Origin: a virus
Lineage: Duplodnaviria; Caudoviricetes
Reading direction: 5' to 3' (one strand)
Length of the DNA: 64,000 nt
Virus record (IMG/VR): IMGVR_UViG_3300028805_000043
A program made the position numbers and the translations under genes. Positions 42,606 through 54,136 of the stretch are shown here, one piece after another (positions within the stretch are counted from its first letter, which is position 1; each line of letters opens with the position of its first letter). Below the pieces are notes generated by a model that was not told where the DNA came from, ran no database searches, and saw nothing but the letters and a program-made list of their open reading frames with translations.

Positions 42606-43795
42606 ACTCCCACATTAAGACCTGTTGATTCTTTATCACCCATACTTTTCATAATGTTTGTTCTTTTCGTAGCACCAGTTTCAGCTTCAAAATTAACAAC
42701 ACTATTTAAATTTACTATCATATTTTCTGCATTTTCCAAAGCTTCAGTATTTAACTTATTATCTTGTTCTAATGCTGTTATTTTCTCTTCAAATCTTTTA
42801 TTTATATTTCTAAGAGTTTCGATAGTATTTTTGTATTCACTTAAATTAATCTTAAGATCTTCATTTGAATTTTCATAATGATTAATTAAGTCTTTATTAA
42901 CTTCAAAATCTTCATTAAGTTTATCGTATTTGTTTTTTAAAGAATCAAAATCTGCTTGTATTGCTAATTTTTCATTTTCACAATTATCATATTGAACATT
43001 TAATTTATCATAATGTTCTTCTGCTTCGCCAAGTTGAATATTTAAATTGGTTATGTCTTCTTTTGCTTTATTTAAATCATTTTCATAAGAATCAATAACT
43101 TTTTTCGATGATTCTTCTAGTTCTTTATTTTCTTTCTTTAATGAATTGATTATTTGTTCTTGCTCATTAAACTTATTAGTATATTCCCTTTGAACATTTT
43201 GCAATTGTAATTCAACTGAACCTTTCGCTATATCATTTTCTTTATATTTTGCTTTAAGTTCAGCTATTTCTTTTCCTAAATCAACAGAAGCTTTAAATAC
43301 ATCATCATATTTAATTTGTAAATCTTCATGTTCTTTAGTTAATTTTTTAAGTTCTTCACTTGCCGTATTTTCAGTGGCTCTTAAATTTTGAACTCTTTTC
43401 TCAATATCATCTTTTAATCTAACATTTTCAGCATATATTTCATTATATGTATCTTGAAGAATCTTATGAGCTTTATCCTTAGAATCAATTGTATGTTCTA
43501 AATTTCGAATTTTTACTTCATAATTATCCAATTGTTTATTTAAATCATCATTAATTGCGTTTAATGATTTAAATTCATTTTCATATCCTTTAACTTTCTC
43601 TTCTAACTCAGGTACAATTTTGTTAATTGTTTTAGTTTCAAAGGCTTCCTGTTCTTTAAATCTAGTTTTAAGTTCTTCGTTTTCTTTTAATAATTTATCA
43701 ATATTTGCTTTTTGTTCTTTAAAAACTTCAATAGCTTTATTTAATCTTGCATTAAGTTTTTCATTGTCTTGTCTTAGTTGTTCAATGTTATCCAT
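42602..43795 (-). CDS. Long coiled-coil protein
   Basis: Continuous heptad pattern over most of 397 aa. Confidence 0.75.
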   Translation of the reverse strand: MDNIEQLRQDNEKLNARLNKAIEVFKEQKANIDKLLKENEELKTRFKEQEAFETKTINKIVPELEEKVKGYENEFKSLNAINDDLNKQLDNYEVKIRNLEHTIDSKDKAHKILQDTYNEIYAENVRLKDDIEKRVQNLRATENTASEELKKLTKEHEDLQIKYDDVFKASVDLGKEIAELKAKYKENDIAKGSVELQLQNVQREYTNKFNEQEQIINSLKKENKELEESSKKVIDSYENDLNKAKEDITNLNIQLGEAEEHYDKLNVQYDNCENEKLAIQADFDSLKNKYDKLNEDFEVNKDLINHYENSNEDLKINLSEYKNTIETLRNINKRFEEKITALEQDNKLNTEALENAENMIVNLNSVVNFEAETGATKRTNIMKSMGDKESTGLNVGV

Positions 43796-43857
43796 TTATA
43801 ATTATAGAATCTATTTTAAATAAAATAGAAAAAGGAACTGAAATAATTTCAATTCCT

Positions 43858-44316
43858 TTAATATGATTTCATAATTCTATTCAATTCACGTTTATTATCA
43901 CGATCCTTAATGTCATTACGTTTATCGTAATCATGCTTACCTTTACATATACCTATTTGTATTTTTATTTTTCCTTTTTGAATAAATACTTTAAGAGGTA
44001 CAATAGTAAAACCTGTTTCCTGAGATTTTTCTTTAATCTTACAAATTTCTTTCTTTGTTAATAAAAGTTTACGTTCACGTAATTCATCATGATTTGTAAA
44101 TATATCTGATTCATATTTAGAAACATGTGAATTTTTTAGCCATACTTCATTATGACTATCAACATAGCAATAAGCATCGGATATATTGCACTTACCACCT
44201 TTTATTGATTTAACTTCTGAACCAACTAATACAATTCCTGCGATATATGTATCAATAACGTCATAATTATGACGTGCTTTTCTATTTACTATTTCCATAT
44301 TTATTAATTTTACCAT
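43858..44316 (-). CDS. smpB: SsrA-binding protein SmpB
   Basis: NRKARHNY, AGIVLVGSEVKSIK, RERKLLL, GFTIVPL, KGKHDYDKR. Confidence 0.93.
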   Translation of the reverse strand: MVKLINMEIVNRKARHNYDVIDTYIAGIVLVGSEVKSIKGGKCNISDAYCYVDSHNEVWLKNSHVSKYESDIFTNHDELRERKLLLTKKEICKIKEKSQETGFTIVPLKVFIQKGKIKIQIGICKGKHDYDKRNDIKDRDNKRELNRIMKSY

Positions 44317-44391
44317 TTAAATATAGTTAAACAATCATAATATTCAATTATTTTTTATATTTTTAATATATAAATTATTTTTAGAAATAAT

Positions 44392-46158
44392 ATGATATTT
44401 GGAAATTTAGAAAAGGTTCTAGAAAACGAACAATCTATTAATGAAGCAGTAAAACAAAATTTTGATCAATCATATCAAAATATAAATAAGCCAACAAAGT
44501 GGTCTAACATATTAACTTCATTATCTCATTATGGAATGAATTATTCTGACCAAGTTTATAAGAACATGGTTGCATTCCCTGCAGATAAAGCTATACAGCC
44601 AAAAGATGACGTGGCTTTACAACAAGTTCTTATGGGTTCTTCAATGAATAACTGGAAAGTTAAACCTGAAGAAGATAAATCATTTGCAGAAAAAACATTA
44701 GAGCAGAAACGTGATATTCTTCGTAAGATGGCTATGCAGCCTGAACTTGAAGATATTCTTGATATTATGGCTAATGAGTCAATTGTATATGATGATGATG
44801 AATCATATATATGTCAACCATATTTAGATACTGGACTTATTCAGGATTTAAATGAAAAATCAGCTGAAGAAATTCGTAATGCAATGGATGTTGCATTCTA
44901 TAAGATATATCTTTTACTTGAATGGAAGAAATTTGCTTGGGATGAATATAAAAGATATTTGATTGATGGTGTTATAGCATACGAAATTGTATATGATAGT
45001 CTTGAACATCCTAAGTCAATCATCGGTATTGTTGATATTGATCCTGCAACATTAACAAAGAAAATTAAAGATGGTACAACATATTGGATTCAATTTGAAG
45101 GTAAACTTGGCTTTGAACGTGAATTATTAGATTCTCAAGTTATATATATCAAATATGAAGATTCTGGCGTGTCAACAAGACAATCATATTTGGAACGTTT
45201 GATAAGACCATTTAATTTATATCGTATTGTAGAACAAGCGCAAGTTATTTGGACTGTAACACAAGCATCATTTAAAACAATGTTTACAATTCCTGTAGGT
45301 GCTCAGAATAGAACTAAAGGTATGCAAACATTGGCTAATATAATGAATCGTTATAAAGAAGACATTAATTTTAATGTTGAAACTGGTGAACTTAAAATAA
45401 ATGGTAAAACAAATCAACCATTTAATAAAGAATATTGGCTACCACAAAATGAACAGGGAAAACCTGAAATTGAAACACTTGTCGATAATGGACCAGTGCT
45501 TAATGATTCAGATCAAATTAGATATTTTGAATCTAAGCTTTGGAAGATGTCAAAAATACCTCAAAATAGATTTGATAAAGAATCACAATCAACATGGTTT
45601 GGCAATGACCCAACACAAGCATTACGTGATGAAATTGATTTTTCTAGATTTGTAACAAGATTACGTAATACTTTTGCAGAAATAATGCTTAAACCACTTC
45701 GTATTCAATTATCATTAGCAGTACCAGATATTAAAAATGATAAACGTATATTAGATTCTGTATCTCTTCGTTGGAATTCATATAACTTATTTGAAGAGAT
45801 GATGAATATTGAAGTTATGACTAAACGTGTAGAATTTATTGGTACTATGAAAGATAGCTTATCAATAACTGATGCTGATGGTAATGAAGATTCATACTTC
45901 TCATTAAGATTCTTAATTGAGAAATTCCTTAAGATGTCTCAGGCAGATTTAGAATTGAATGCAAAATATAAATTAGAAGAAAAACTTGCAACTGCTGAAG
46001 GTGGAGACCAGGAAACAGAAGGTGATGATAAAGATGAAACAGAAATAGGTGGTGATGAAGAAGAAACAGGTGGAACTGAGCAAGAAAGCGGAAGTGATAT
46101 CGATTCAGAAATGATGGGTGATGTACAACCAGAATCTGCAGAAACAACACAAGCATAA
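44392..46158 (+). CDS. Portal protein (T4 gp20-like)
   Basis: LRKMAMQPELED, YLIDG, SYLERLIRPFN, EYWLP, IPQNRF, RDEIDFSRFVTRLR. Confidence 0.88.
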   Translation: MIFGNLEKVLENEQSINEAVKQNFDQSYQNINKPTKWSNILTSLSHYGMNYSDQVYKNMVAFPADKAIQPKDDVALQQVLMGSSMNNWKVKPEEDKSFAEKTLEQKRDILRKMAMQPELEDILDIMANESIVYDDDESYICQPYLDTGLIQDLNEKSAEEIRNAMDVAFYKIYLLLEWKKFAWDEYKRYLIDGVIAYEIVYDSLEHPKSIIGIVDIDPATLTKKIKDGTTYWIQFEGKLGFERELLDSQVIYIKYEDSGVSTRQSYLERLIRPFNLYRIVEQAQVIWTVTQASFKTMFTIPVGAQNRTKGMQTLANIMNRYKEDINFNVETGELKINGKTNQPFNKEYWLPQNEQGKPEIETLVDNGPVLNDSDQIRYFESKLWKMSKIPQNRFDKESQSTWFGNDPTQALRDEIDFSRFVTRLRNTFAEIMLKPLRIQLSLAVPDIKNDKRILDSVSLRWNSYNLFEEMMNIEVMTKRVEFIGTMKDSLSITDADGNEDSYFSLRFLIEKFLKMSQADLELNAKYKLEEKLATAEGGDQETEGDDKDETEIGGDEEETGGTEQESGSDIDSEMMGDVQPESAETTQA

Positions 46159-46177
46159 ATAAAATAGAAAATTATCA

Positions 46178-46867
46178 ATGGGTGAATTAATAGATTATTA
46201 TATCATATTAAGTATAATAGAATATGATAATGATCCTTTAAAATTTGGTCGTATTAAATGTCAAATACCAGGCGTCATCCATACTGAAACAACTGAAGAA
46301 GAAGCTATTCCATGGGTACGTCCATTTAAAATGCACGGATATCAAACATTTAGTAGACCAATTGTTGGACAAAAGGTATGGGTGTTAATTAATAAGTCTA
46401 ATTATAATGAATTTTGGTGGTTTCCATATCATGAAACTTCTGATTTAGTTCAGGAATATCTTAATGCTCATTATGATAGTCAACCAGATGTATTTAATGC
46501 AAGAACTAGTGGTTCTGGTAATGTGATGTTTACATATGATGATGATCAAGGTTATTTAATGAAAATTGGTGAAGACTATTTCAATCTTAAACACGATTCA
46601 TCTGCAAAAATTGCATGTGGAAATGCAAGAATAATGTTAGCTGGTGATAAAACATATTGCGGTGCTGGAGATGATTCTGGTAGTTATGAACCATGTGTAA
46701 TGGGTAAAAAATGTAAAAATATGAGAAGCCAATTAGCAGCTGATTTTGAAACTTTAGCACAAGCAGCTGGTGGTAGTCCTTATACTGCACATTTACAAGC
46801 AGGATTCAAAAGTGCAAAAAATCACATTACAGCAGATATATTAGGTACAAATAATTATCTTAATTAA
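46178..46867 (+). CDS. Baseplate spike, gp5/Vgr OB-fold protein
   Basis: DPLKFGRIKCQIPG..IPWVRP..PIVGQKVWV. Confidence 0.75.
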   Translation: MGELIDYYIILSIIEYDNDPLKFGRIKCQIPGVIHTETTEEEAIPWVRPFKMHGYQTFSRPIVGQKVWVLINKSNYNEFWWFPYHETSDLVQEYLNAHYDSQPDVFNARTSGSGNVMFTYDDDQGYLMKIGEDYFNLKHDSSAKIACGNARIMLAGDKTYCGAGDDSGSYEPCVMGKKCKNMRSQLAADFETLAQAAGGSPYTAHLQAGFKSAKNHITADILGTNNYLN

Positions 46868-46869
46868 TT

Positions 46870-47724
46870 ATGGAGGAAAATCAAAATAATGGAAGTACAG
46901 TATGTCAAGAATACTTAATTAAGTATGCACAAACACAAAAGAAAAAAATAAAATATAGTTCTGAAGAAGAACGAAATAAAAAGATAGCAGATCTTAATGA
47001 AAAGTATGATGATGATTTTAATAGTAAAGGAGATATTATTAAAGATATTGAAATTGAAAAAATTGATTTAGAATATACCAAACAAGAAACATTAATATAT
47101 GCTTCTCAATCTAAGTTAAAATTACAATTTCGTAATGAAAGATTTAATAAAACGAAAGAAGATAAAGACGAAAATGGTCAAAGTTTTGAACCAGTAAAAA
47201 CAACTTTGGATGAAGAACTACAAAAATTACAAAAAACAGAAGAAGAAATACAAGAACAATCAGATAAAGAAGAAGAAAAATCACAAGAACAATTAGATAA
47301 AGAAGAAGAAAAACGTAAAAAAGAAGAAAATAAAAAAGCAAAAAAAGAAGCAAAACAAAAAAAGAAAGAACAACGACAAAAGGAAAAAGACGCAAAGAAA
47401 GCAAAGAAAGAAACAGCATATGTTCAAGGTAATGCAATGTCAATTGCATCAACGGTTGGTAAAGCAAAAGATAAAGAAATAGATGCATATCAACAATTAT
47501 CTAATGAAAAATTAAAAGAATATAAAAATACTATTGAAGAAAAAGCTAAACAACGTGGATATGAACAAGCTGTTAAAGATATAAAAAAATATAATAAGCA
47601 GCTAGAAAAGCAAGCAAAAAATATTTTTAATAAACAAAAAAAGAATGAATCAAAAGCTAAAGTAAAAGCAAAAGCAGCGATTCAAAAAGCAAAATTACAA
47701 ATAGCTGCAATGTTAGGTTTATAA
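46870..47724 (+). CDS. Lys/Glu-rich helical protein
   Basis: 284 aa, highly charged. Confidence 0.65.
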   Translation: MEENQNNGSTVCQEYLIKYAQTQKKKIKYSSEEERNKKIADLNEKYDDDFNSKGDIIKDIEIEKIDLEYTKQETLIYASQSKLKLQFRNERFNKTKEDKDENGQSFEPVKTTLDEELQKLQKTEEEIQEQSDKEEEKSQEQLDKEEEKRKKEENKKAKKEAKQKKKEQRQKEKDAKKAKKETAYVQGNAMSIASTVGKAKDKEIDAYQQLSNEKLKEYKNTIEEKAKQRGYEQAVKDIKKYNKQLEKQAKNIFNKQKKNESKAKVKAKAAIQKAKLQIAAMLGL

Positions 47725-47790
47725 TGAAAAATTAAATTATATATAAAAATACCTTGTAGTAAAGTAATTGAACTTTACAGTAAATAATAT

Positions 47791-49749
47791 ATGGCTAAAG
47801 AAAAAGAATTTGAATATGAATATAATCCTATTAAAGAACAAGTTGGAGGTAAAGCCGCAGAAAAAGTAATTTGGTCTACTGCGGTTATCCAAAAGGCTTT
47901 AGAAGGAATTCAACAAGGACAGCCTCTTAAGGCTAGTCCTTTTTTAAACAAAAATACAAAGTTATTAAAACCTGAATTAGTACGTCGTTATACTCAGGAA
48001 GAAATTGAAGATTATAAACGATGTGCAACTGACCCAATTTATTTTGCAGAAAAATGTTATCTTATGACACCTGAAGGTCTTAAGCCTTGTAAATTACGTG
48101 ATTATCAAAAAGATTACATAAGACATTTACAACATAATCGTTTCAGTATCTTTTTAAGTTGTCGTCAATCTGGTAAGTCTACAACAACTGCTATTTATTG
48201 TCTTTGGGTAATATTATTTAATTCAGATAAGACAGGTTTGATTCTTTCTAAATCTGGTCCTGCTGGATTGGATCTTATTAAAAAGATTAAAGATATGTAT
48301 TTATATCTTCCTTATCATTTGAAGATAGGTACTATGAAATGGAATCAATCTGAAATTTCATTCGATAATAACTCTTCAATATCAACAGAATCATTCTCAC
48401 CAACTGCAGGTCTTGGTAAAACAATTAACTTCCTTATTCTTGATGAGTTTGCTTGGTGTCCACCTAATGATGTTGAATTATTCTATAATAACATTATACC
48501 TACCGTAACAACAATTACTGACTCTAATGTATGTATAATGTCAACACAAAATGGTTTTAACTTGTTTTATAAACTTTGGAAGGGCGCTATTGAAAAAACA
48601 AACATATATGCACCATTTAAAGTAGACTGGGATCAAGTACCACAATTTAATACTGAAACACATCAATGGGAAAAACGTACAGAAAAATGGAAAGAAGAAA
48701 TGATAGGTGTTTTAGGTTCTAAAGAAGCATTTTATTATCAATATGGTACGCAATTCAGTGCATCAGATAAATGTCTTGTATCTCGTGAAAGAATAGCAGA
48801 CATGCGCGATAAATCTGTACTTTGGGGTAATAGAACTCAAGAACTTCAAGATACTTATAATTTATACTTAGGTTACCATCAATATTTATTTTTACGTCCA
48901 GATTTTGATATTGAATCATTTAAGACAAAATTCTTTTTAATAACTATTGATTTAGCTGAAGGCTTTGGTGGTGACTCAACAGTTTTCGATATATTTGAAA
49001 TAGTTGGTAAAGATATGTTTAGACATGTTGGATATTGGCGTTCAAATGAAGTTGACTTAGAACATGCAGCATTGGAATTTTGGTTATTGGCTTCTCAATT
49101 ATTTAATGGAGAAAACTGTATATGGTCATTAGAATGGAATACTTATGGAGCATTATTTTATCGTATTCTTTTAGATCTTAATGAAACTGATTATGAAGCA
49201 GAAACATTATTTAGATTTAATATATCTCCAGATGGATTAGAAATGACTAACTTTGTGATGTATAAAAAGACTGCTATGGAAGAACAAATTATTGGAAAAC
49301 TTAATTTTAGTAATTCTAATTTTATACCTGGCATTAAATTTACATCAGGCAACAAAGGTACTGCATGCTCATTATTAAAGATGTTATTTGAAAAGGGTCA
49401 AGTAGAAACAACAGATATTATAACATTAGGTGAATTAGAAAACTTTGAGGATAAGAATGGAAATGGTACATATAAAGCTTCTTATGGACATGACGATATT
49501 ATTATGACATTCGTTCAAATACCAATGGCAATGCAAACATCAAAATATAAGATGCTATTGGAAGAAATGGAAGAAGCAGCTATTACTGGAAGAATTAATA
49601 ATAAATGGACGAATCCACAAACAGATAATATTGATCCATTCTCATTTGAAGGAACATATTCGCAAATGATGAATTCAATGAATAATATTCCTAATGAATA
49701 TTTTGCTCAGGAAGGTCAATTTGATATTTTTGATTATTCAAAAATGTAA
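47791..49749 (+). CDS. terL: Terminase large subunit (T4 gp17-like)
   Basis: LRDYQ, SCRQSGKST Walker A, LILDEFA Walker B, STQNG, IDLAEGFGGDS and HDDII nuclease motifs. Confidence 0.92.
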   Translation: MAKEKEFEYEYNPIKEQVGGKAAEKVIWSTAVIQKALEGIQQGQPLKASPFLNKNTKLLKPELVRRYTQEEIEDYKRCATDPIYFAEKCYLMTPEGLKPCKLRDYQKDYIRHLQHNRFSIFLSCRQSGKSTTTAIYCLWVILFNSDKTGLILSKSGPAGLDLIKKIKDMYLYLPYHLKIGTMKWNQSEISFDNNSSISTESFSPTAGLGKTINFLILDEFAWCPPNDVELFYNNIIPTVTTITDSNVCIMSTQNGFNLFYKLWKGAIEKTNIYAPFKVDWDQVPQFNTETHQWEKRTEKWKEEMIGVLGSKEAFYYQYGTQFSASDKCLVSRERIADMRDKSVLWGNRTQELQDTYNLYLGYHQYLFLRPDFDIESFKTKFFLITIDLAEGFGGDSTVFDIFEIVGKDMFRHVGYWRSNEVDLEHAALEFWLLASQLFNGENCIWSLEWNTYGALFYRILLDLNETDYEAETLFRFNISPDGLEMTNFVMYKKTAMEEQIIGKLNFSNSNFIPGIKFTSGNKGTACSLLKMLFEKGQVETTDIITLGELENFEDKNGNGTYKASYGHDDIIMTFVQIPMAMQTSKYKMLLEEMEEAAITGRINNKWTNPQTDNIDPFSFEGTYSQMMNSMNNIPNEYFAQEGQFDIFDYSKM

Positions 49750-49811
49750 ATTATAAATAAAGAAGGTAATATAATAACTATTTAAATATATTTTTGTTAT
49801 TTATTACCTTC

Positions 49812-50213
49812 TTATTTCTTTGCATAATTAGTTGCTAATTTTTTTTCTGATTCAGCAACTAATTTATCAGAATTAGTTCTAATTTTAATTTCATTTGGTG
49901 CTTGTATATTAATCTTAATATCTTTTGGATTAATATAATTATCTAATAACTCATAATTATCAAATTCAATTAATAATTTATTATCAATAATTTTTGTTTT
50001 AATTGAATTATAAAGTTCCCTATTTAATGTTCTTATATTATAATTTAATGAATCACCAGGATAAACAAATATATTTGATGGAACATTAACAATAACTTGT
50101 TCAATAGTAGGTTTATTTAAATTATCATTTAAAGATGTTGCAGCATTGGCATTTACATTTAAACCAATAATCATATATGTTGTTAAAAATAATATCATTA
50201 AAAATTTTTTCAT
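49812..50213 (-). CDS. Secreted hypothetical protein
   Basis: Signal peptide MKKFLMILFL...ANA. Confidence 0.6.
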   Translation of the reverse strand: MKKFLMILFLTTYMIIGLNVNANAATSLNDNLNKPTIEQVIVNVPSNIFVYPGDSLNYNIRTLNRELYNSIKTKIIDNKLLIEFDNYELLDNYINPKDIKINIQAPNEIKIRTNSDKLVAESEKKLATNYAKK

Positions 50214-50752
50214 AGTTTACTGTTTTAATTTTTTTTGTTTAAGTTAAAAATAATTTCTTATATTACCTTCATTAATTAAGATTGATATTTACTTAGTAAA
50301 AAATTATCAATCTTTTTTAGTATGGCTACGCTAGAAGCTAATGCTAAACATACCATAATCGTTTTCATAATATTAATATTTTTTGTTAATAATTTTATTA
50401 ATACGTATTTGTTCTTTAATGTTTTTAAAATATTTGAATATCTCTACATAATAATCCGATATGAATAATTTCTTAATTATTTTCATACCTTAATTCATTT
50501 ATTTATAACAATGTCCATACATCATTATTGCTGATTCTTTATAAGCTTCAATAAAATTTCTTAAAATTTTTTTTATTGTTTTCATAATTTATTTTTTTAT
50601 ATTTGTTTAATTAAATATAGTTTAAAATAAAAATATACTAAGCGTATATTATATGTTTTGTGTTAATTAGCTTAATTTATTAATTTAAATTAACGCAATT
50701 AACTAATGATATTGTTTTATTTTTATATATAATATATGGAGGCATAATTATA

Positions 50753-51187
50753 TTGATTTATATTATGCACAATTTTTTAAGAATAATTACATGCGGATTG
50801 TATAAGGGGATGAAAAAAGATAAAGACAATTTTTTTAAGAAACTTATTAAGGAAGATAATAATGTTAGTGCATTAAACTTTTTTTTAATTGCAACATTAG
50901 CAGTTGGTGTAATGCTATTATTTGTACCTGTTATTGGAATGATTGTTGATATATGGTATAATCATACAATGACAATTAATCTTTCTGATATGGGAGTTTA
51001 TATTGGAGCAGTTGCTGCAATATTTGCATCAGGCGGCTTAACATCAGCATGGACAGAATTTTCATATTCAAAATTTAAAATTCCACCATTAGATGAAAAT
51101 GGACGCGGTATAGTAGATACAAATAATAATGGAATTCCTGATGATGAGGAAAATTTAATAAATGAAGATATAAGTGACGATTTATAA
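50753..51187 (+). CDS. Two-TM membrane protein (holin-like candidate)
   Basis: Two hydrophobic helices; late-type motif upstream; true start probably further downstream. Confidence 0.5.
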   Translation: MIYIMHNFLRIITCGLYKGMKKDKDNFFKKLIKEDNNVSALNFFLIATLAVGVMLLFVPVIGMIVDIWYNHTMTINLSDMGVYIGAVAAIFASGGLTSAWTEFSYSKFKIPPLDENGRGIVDTNNNGIPDDEENLINEDISDDL

Positions 51188-51193
51188 AATATT

Positions 51194-51220
51194 AAAGGTA
51201 GCCAAATGGCTACCTTTTTT
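51194..51220. terminator. Bidirectional terminator
   Basis: AAAGGTAGCC-AAAT-GGCTACCTTTTTT. Confidence 0.85.
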
Positions 51221-52066
51221 TTAATAAATACATTTATGTCCGCAATATGGACAGAATTTATATTTTGTATTTAATTTTCTTCCACAATTAACACAATATA
51301 TTTTCTTTAAATCACCTGCATAAATTGGCTTACGTGATTCTGGTAATATATGAATTGTTTCTGTTCTAAATGCCCAATAGTCAAAATCAATTGTAATATC
51401 TTTAAGTTTTTGATCTGAATAACTTCCCTTTTCAACACGACCAGTTTCTATCGAATCATTTTTAATTGATTTTGATAAACTTCTCGTTTTAGGAGCTTCA
51501 GTTGTCGCAGAAGAATAAAAAGCAGTTGTAGCCGTTGCTACAGTAGATGCATCATTGTTTAATCCTAATGTTGTTGAAGCATTTAAACATGAAAGTATAT
51601 TTGCATTACCAATTTCAGATGAACAATATGAATTACATACTGATGATCCATATTTAATATTATCATTATAATATGTTATTTGAGGAGATTTTGCAACATA
51701 TACATTATAATTTATTTGTTCTTTTTCTTTATAAAATTTAACTTCTATAACACCATTTTGTGCTATAGCATCACGAACAGGTTGAGAATCATTAACTTCA
51801 TAAGTTTCAAATAAAAATTTTCTAGCTTCATTAAGATAACGTTCAAGCCAAATACGTTGTCCTGGTTTAATAACTAATTGATTAGGCATTTCTTTTCCAT
51901 TAATACTTATAGAAGCACCAATAGTATAAGTATAAGGATTAAAAATTTGAAGTTGGAATTCTGAACCATTTTTCATATAAACAGTTCTTTGTGAATCATT
52001 AAAAAATTCCTTAAGTAAAGACTTATTCACGGCAATCTTTACAAGGTTGTCATTACTTGTTTTCAT
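51221..52066 (-). CDS. Conserved hypothetical protein with C-terminal zinc ribbon
   Basis: IWLERY..KFLF; ETGRVEKGS; CVNC..CPYC. Confidence 0.75.
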   Translation of the reverse strand: MKTSNDNLVKIAVNKSLLKEFFNDSQRTVYMKNGSEFQLQIFNPYTYTIGASISINGKEMPNQLVIKPGQRIWLERYLNEARKFLFETYEVNDSQPVRDAIAQNGVIEVKFYKEKEQINYNVYVAKSPQITYYNDNIKYGSSVCNSYCSSEIGNANILSCLNASTTLGLNNDASTVATATTAFYSSATTEAPKTRSLSKSIKNDSIETGRVEKGSYSDQKLKDITIDFDYWAFRTETIHILPESRKPIYAGDLKKIYCVNCGRKLNTKYKFCPYCGHKCIY

Positions 52067-52240
52067 ATTATTAAGTTACTTATATATTTATAACCGTTTC
52101 AATATCTTCAAGTCTTTTTATCAACTTTCAAAAGGATCATGTCCTCGATACTAAAACTTTAATATTCTATTATATAATAATAAAAAATACTGAAGTACTT
52201 AATGAAAAAATACTTCAGTATTTTATATAAAAATAGTTAA

Positions 52241-54040
52241 TTATTTAACAATTTTTTCAATTTCATAATATTTATACCAATCTGTACAATTAATTGGATT
52301 TTCTCCCCATTCATTAAATCTTAAATAAGCATCTTTTATACAAACTCTTTCTTTAGGCCATTTAAAATCATAAGGAATCATTATTGCGTGAGGATCTTCA
52401 CCTTGTTTAGATATTTTAACATACCAATTTTTTGTTTTATCAAATATATAAGGTTGATAATTTGAATCTAAGAAACTAAAATTTTCATTAACTGTTATTG
52501 TATCGGAAACAAAAGGAACATTAATTATTGAAGTATTAATGAAATTATAATCATGTGATCCAAATATTGCATGTACTTCCATATATTTATTAATGATATT
52601 TCCTTCAACATTCCAAATATATAATTCATCCATAGCTCCAGTAGCCATAACAGTATATTCTACATGTGTATTATCTAATCTAGTTCCTCTTAATACAACA
52701 TCATTCATATCATAATCACCAAGTCTACTATCTTCAAAACAAAAAGTATAATATTGATGTTCTGGTTCATTTGGCATTATTAAAAATGGTTTAATATTAC
52801 CTTCAACTTCTATAATTAAATCATTAAAGTCACGATCCGTACCTGATTCTACACATAAAAACATTTTATCATTAATTGGTAACCATGCCATACGAGGATC
52901 TGTTGAATCTAATTTTGAAGATTTAAAGTTACCCCAATTATTAATATTATGATTTAAACGTCCATCACAGTATAATTCGCCTTGTTTCTTGTTATTATCT
53001 GCAGTTGTATTAGAACGATACATAAATCCAATTTTATATCCTTTAGGAAATATATATGAACCTTCTGTATTAAGTTCTGTAGCATTATCGCCAAAATAAG
53101 CTAATGCATATGATTTAGATTTAATTATAATATCATTATCAGAATTCTTAAATACATCACCTAATTTTATAGCTCTATATTTTGGTAATGCTTCCAATTC
53201 TTCCACAGTTAAATCTCCTTTAAAATAATAGTAATATAAATCTGCTTCAGATACTTCCCTATATCCACCATCATTTTTATATACAGGAGAAACAATAATT
53301 GGATTATCACCAACAGTCAACATATAAGATGATTCATTGTAATATCTGCTTTCTTTAATTTTTGGCAAATTATTATATGATCTACCATTTGGGAAATAAT
53401 TAAATATAATACTTCTAAATATTTCTTTATAATCATCATCATAATCATTAACATTAACATATTCATTATTATATGTATAAAGTAATTCATTATCAATCCA
53501 ATTACGTTGTGATGCAAATGAAGAAATACTATTATTTATTATAGGTGTAATTGAAGGTATTTGATAATTACTAGAAGTTCTTTTCATTACTCTAGCTTGA
53601 TTATTATCTTTAAAATATATATCTGTATCTCCTAAATTAAACTTTTTATAAAAATATTGGTTTTCTTCGGTTACAAATGCTACAAATAAATTCGTATATT
53701 TCTTAGGAGTATCAAAGACAAATGATATAATATCGCCATTTGAAACAATTGCTTCATTTAATAATTTAATAGAAACAATTGAATCATTATTATCTACTAA
53801 AAGAATTTGTACTTTCTTTATATTATATTCATTAGTATTTACATTTACTTTAATTTTACTATTAATCGTAGTTTGCCAACTATGATTTTCTGCAAACGTT
53901 GTTCCAAATATATTTTGAACATTTTCTGTTATTTCTTGATTATTATAATTAGGATTATATAATTCATAATCATGTCTACATGAACTTAATGTTAATCCTA
54001 ATAAAATAACAAAAATAAAACTTAATATTATTTTTTTCAT
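52241..54040 (-). CDS. Bacteroidetes-type lipoprotein with LruC/DUF4842-like domain
   Basis: Lipobox LSSC; FCFED..GDYDMNDVV; FKWPKER..I..AY..F..W. Confidence 0.75.
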   Translation of the reverse strand: MKKIILSFIFVILLGLTLSSCRHDYELYNPNYNNQEITENVQNIFGTTFAENHSWQTTINSKIKVNVNTNEYNIKKVQILLVDNNDSIVSIKLLNEAIVSNGDIISFVFDTPKKYTNLFVAFVTEENQYFYKKFNLGDTDIYFKDNNQARVMKRTSSNYQIPSITPIINNSISSFASQRNWIDNELLYTYNNEYVNVNDYDDDYKEIFRSIIFNYFPNGRSYNNLPKIKESRYYNESSYMLTVGDNPIIVSPVYKNDGGYREVSEADLYYYYFKGDLTVEELEALPKYRAIKLGDVFKNSDNDIIIKSKSYALAYFGDNATELNTEGSYIFPKGYKIGFMYRSNTTADNNKKQGELYCDGRLNHNINNWGNFKSSKLDSTDPRMAWLPINDKMFLCVESGTDRDFNDLIIEVEGNIKPFLIMPNEPEHQYYTFCFEDSRLGDYDMNDVVLRGTRLDNTHVEYTVMATGAMDELYIWNVEGNIINKYMEVHAIFGSHDYNFINTSIINVPFVSDTITVNENFSFLDSNYQPYIFDKTKNWYVKISKQGEDPHAIMIPYDFKWPKERVCIKDAYLRFNEWGENPINCTDWYKYYEIEKIVK

Positions 54041-54136
54041 AGTATCATCTTATTTATTTATTATAATTAATAATAGTTTTTAATATGTTTTTTAATCAAA
54101 TTATTTTTAATTATATACAATTTATAATATTTATAT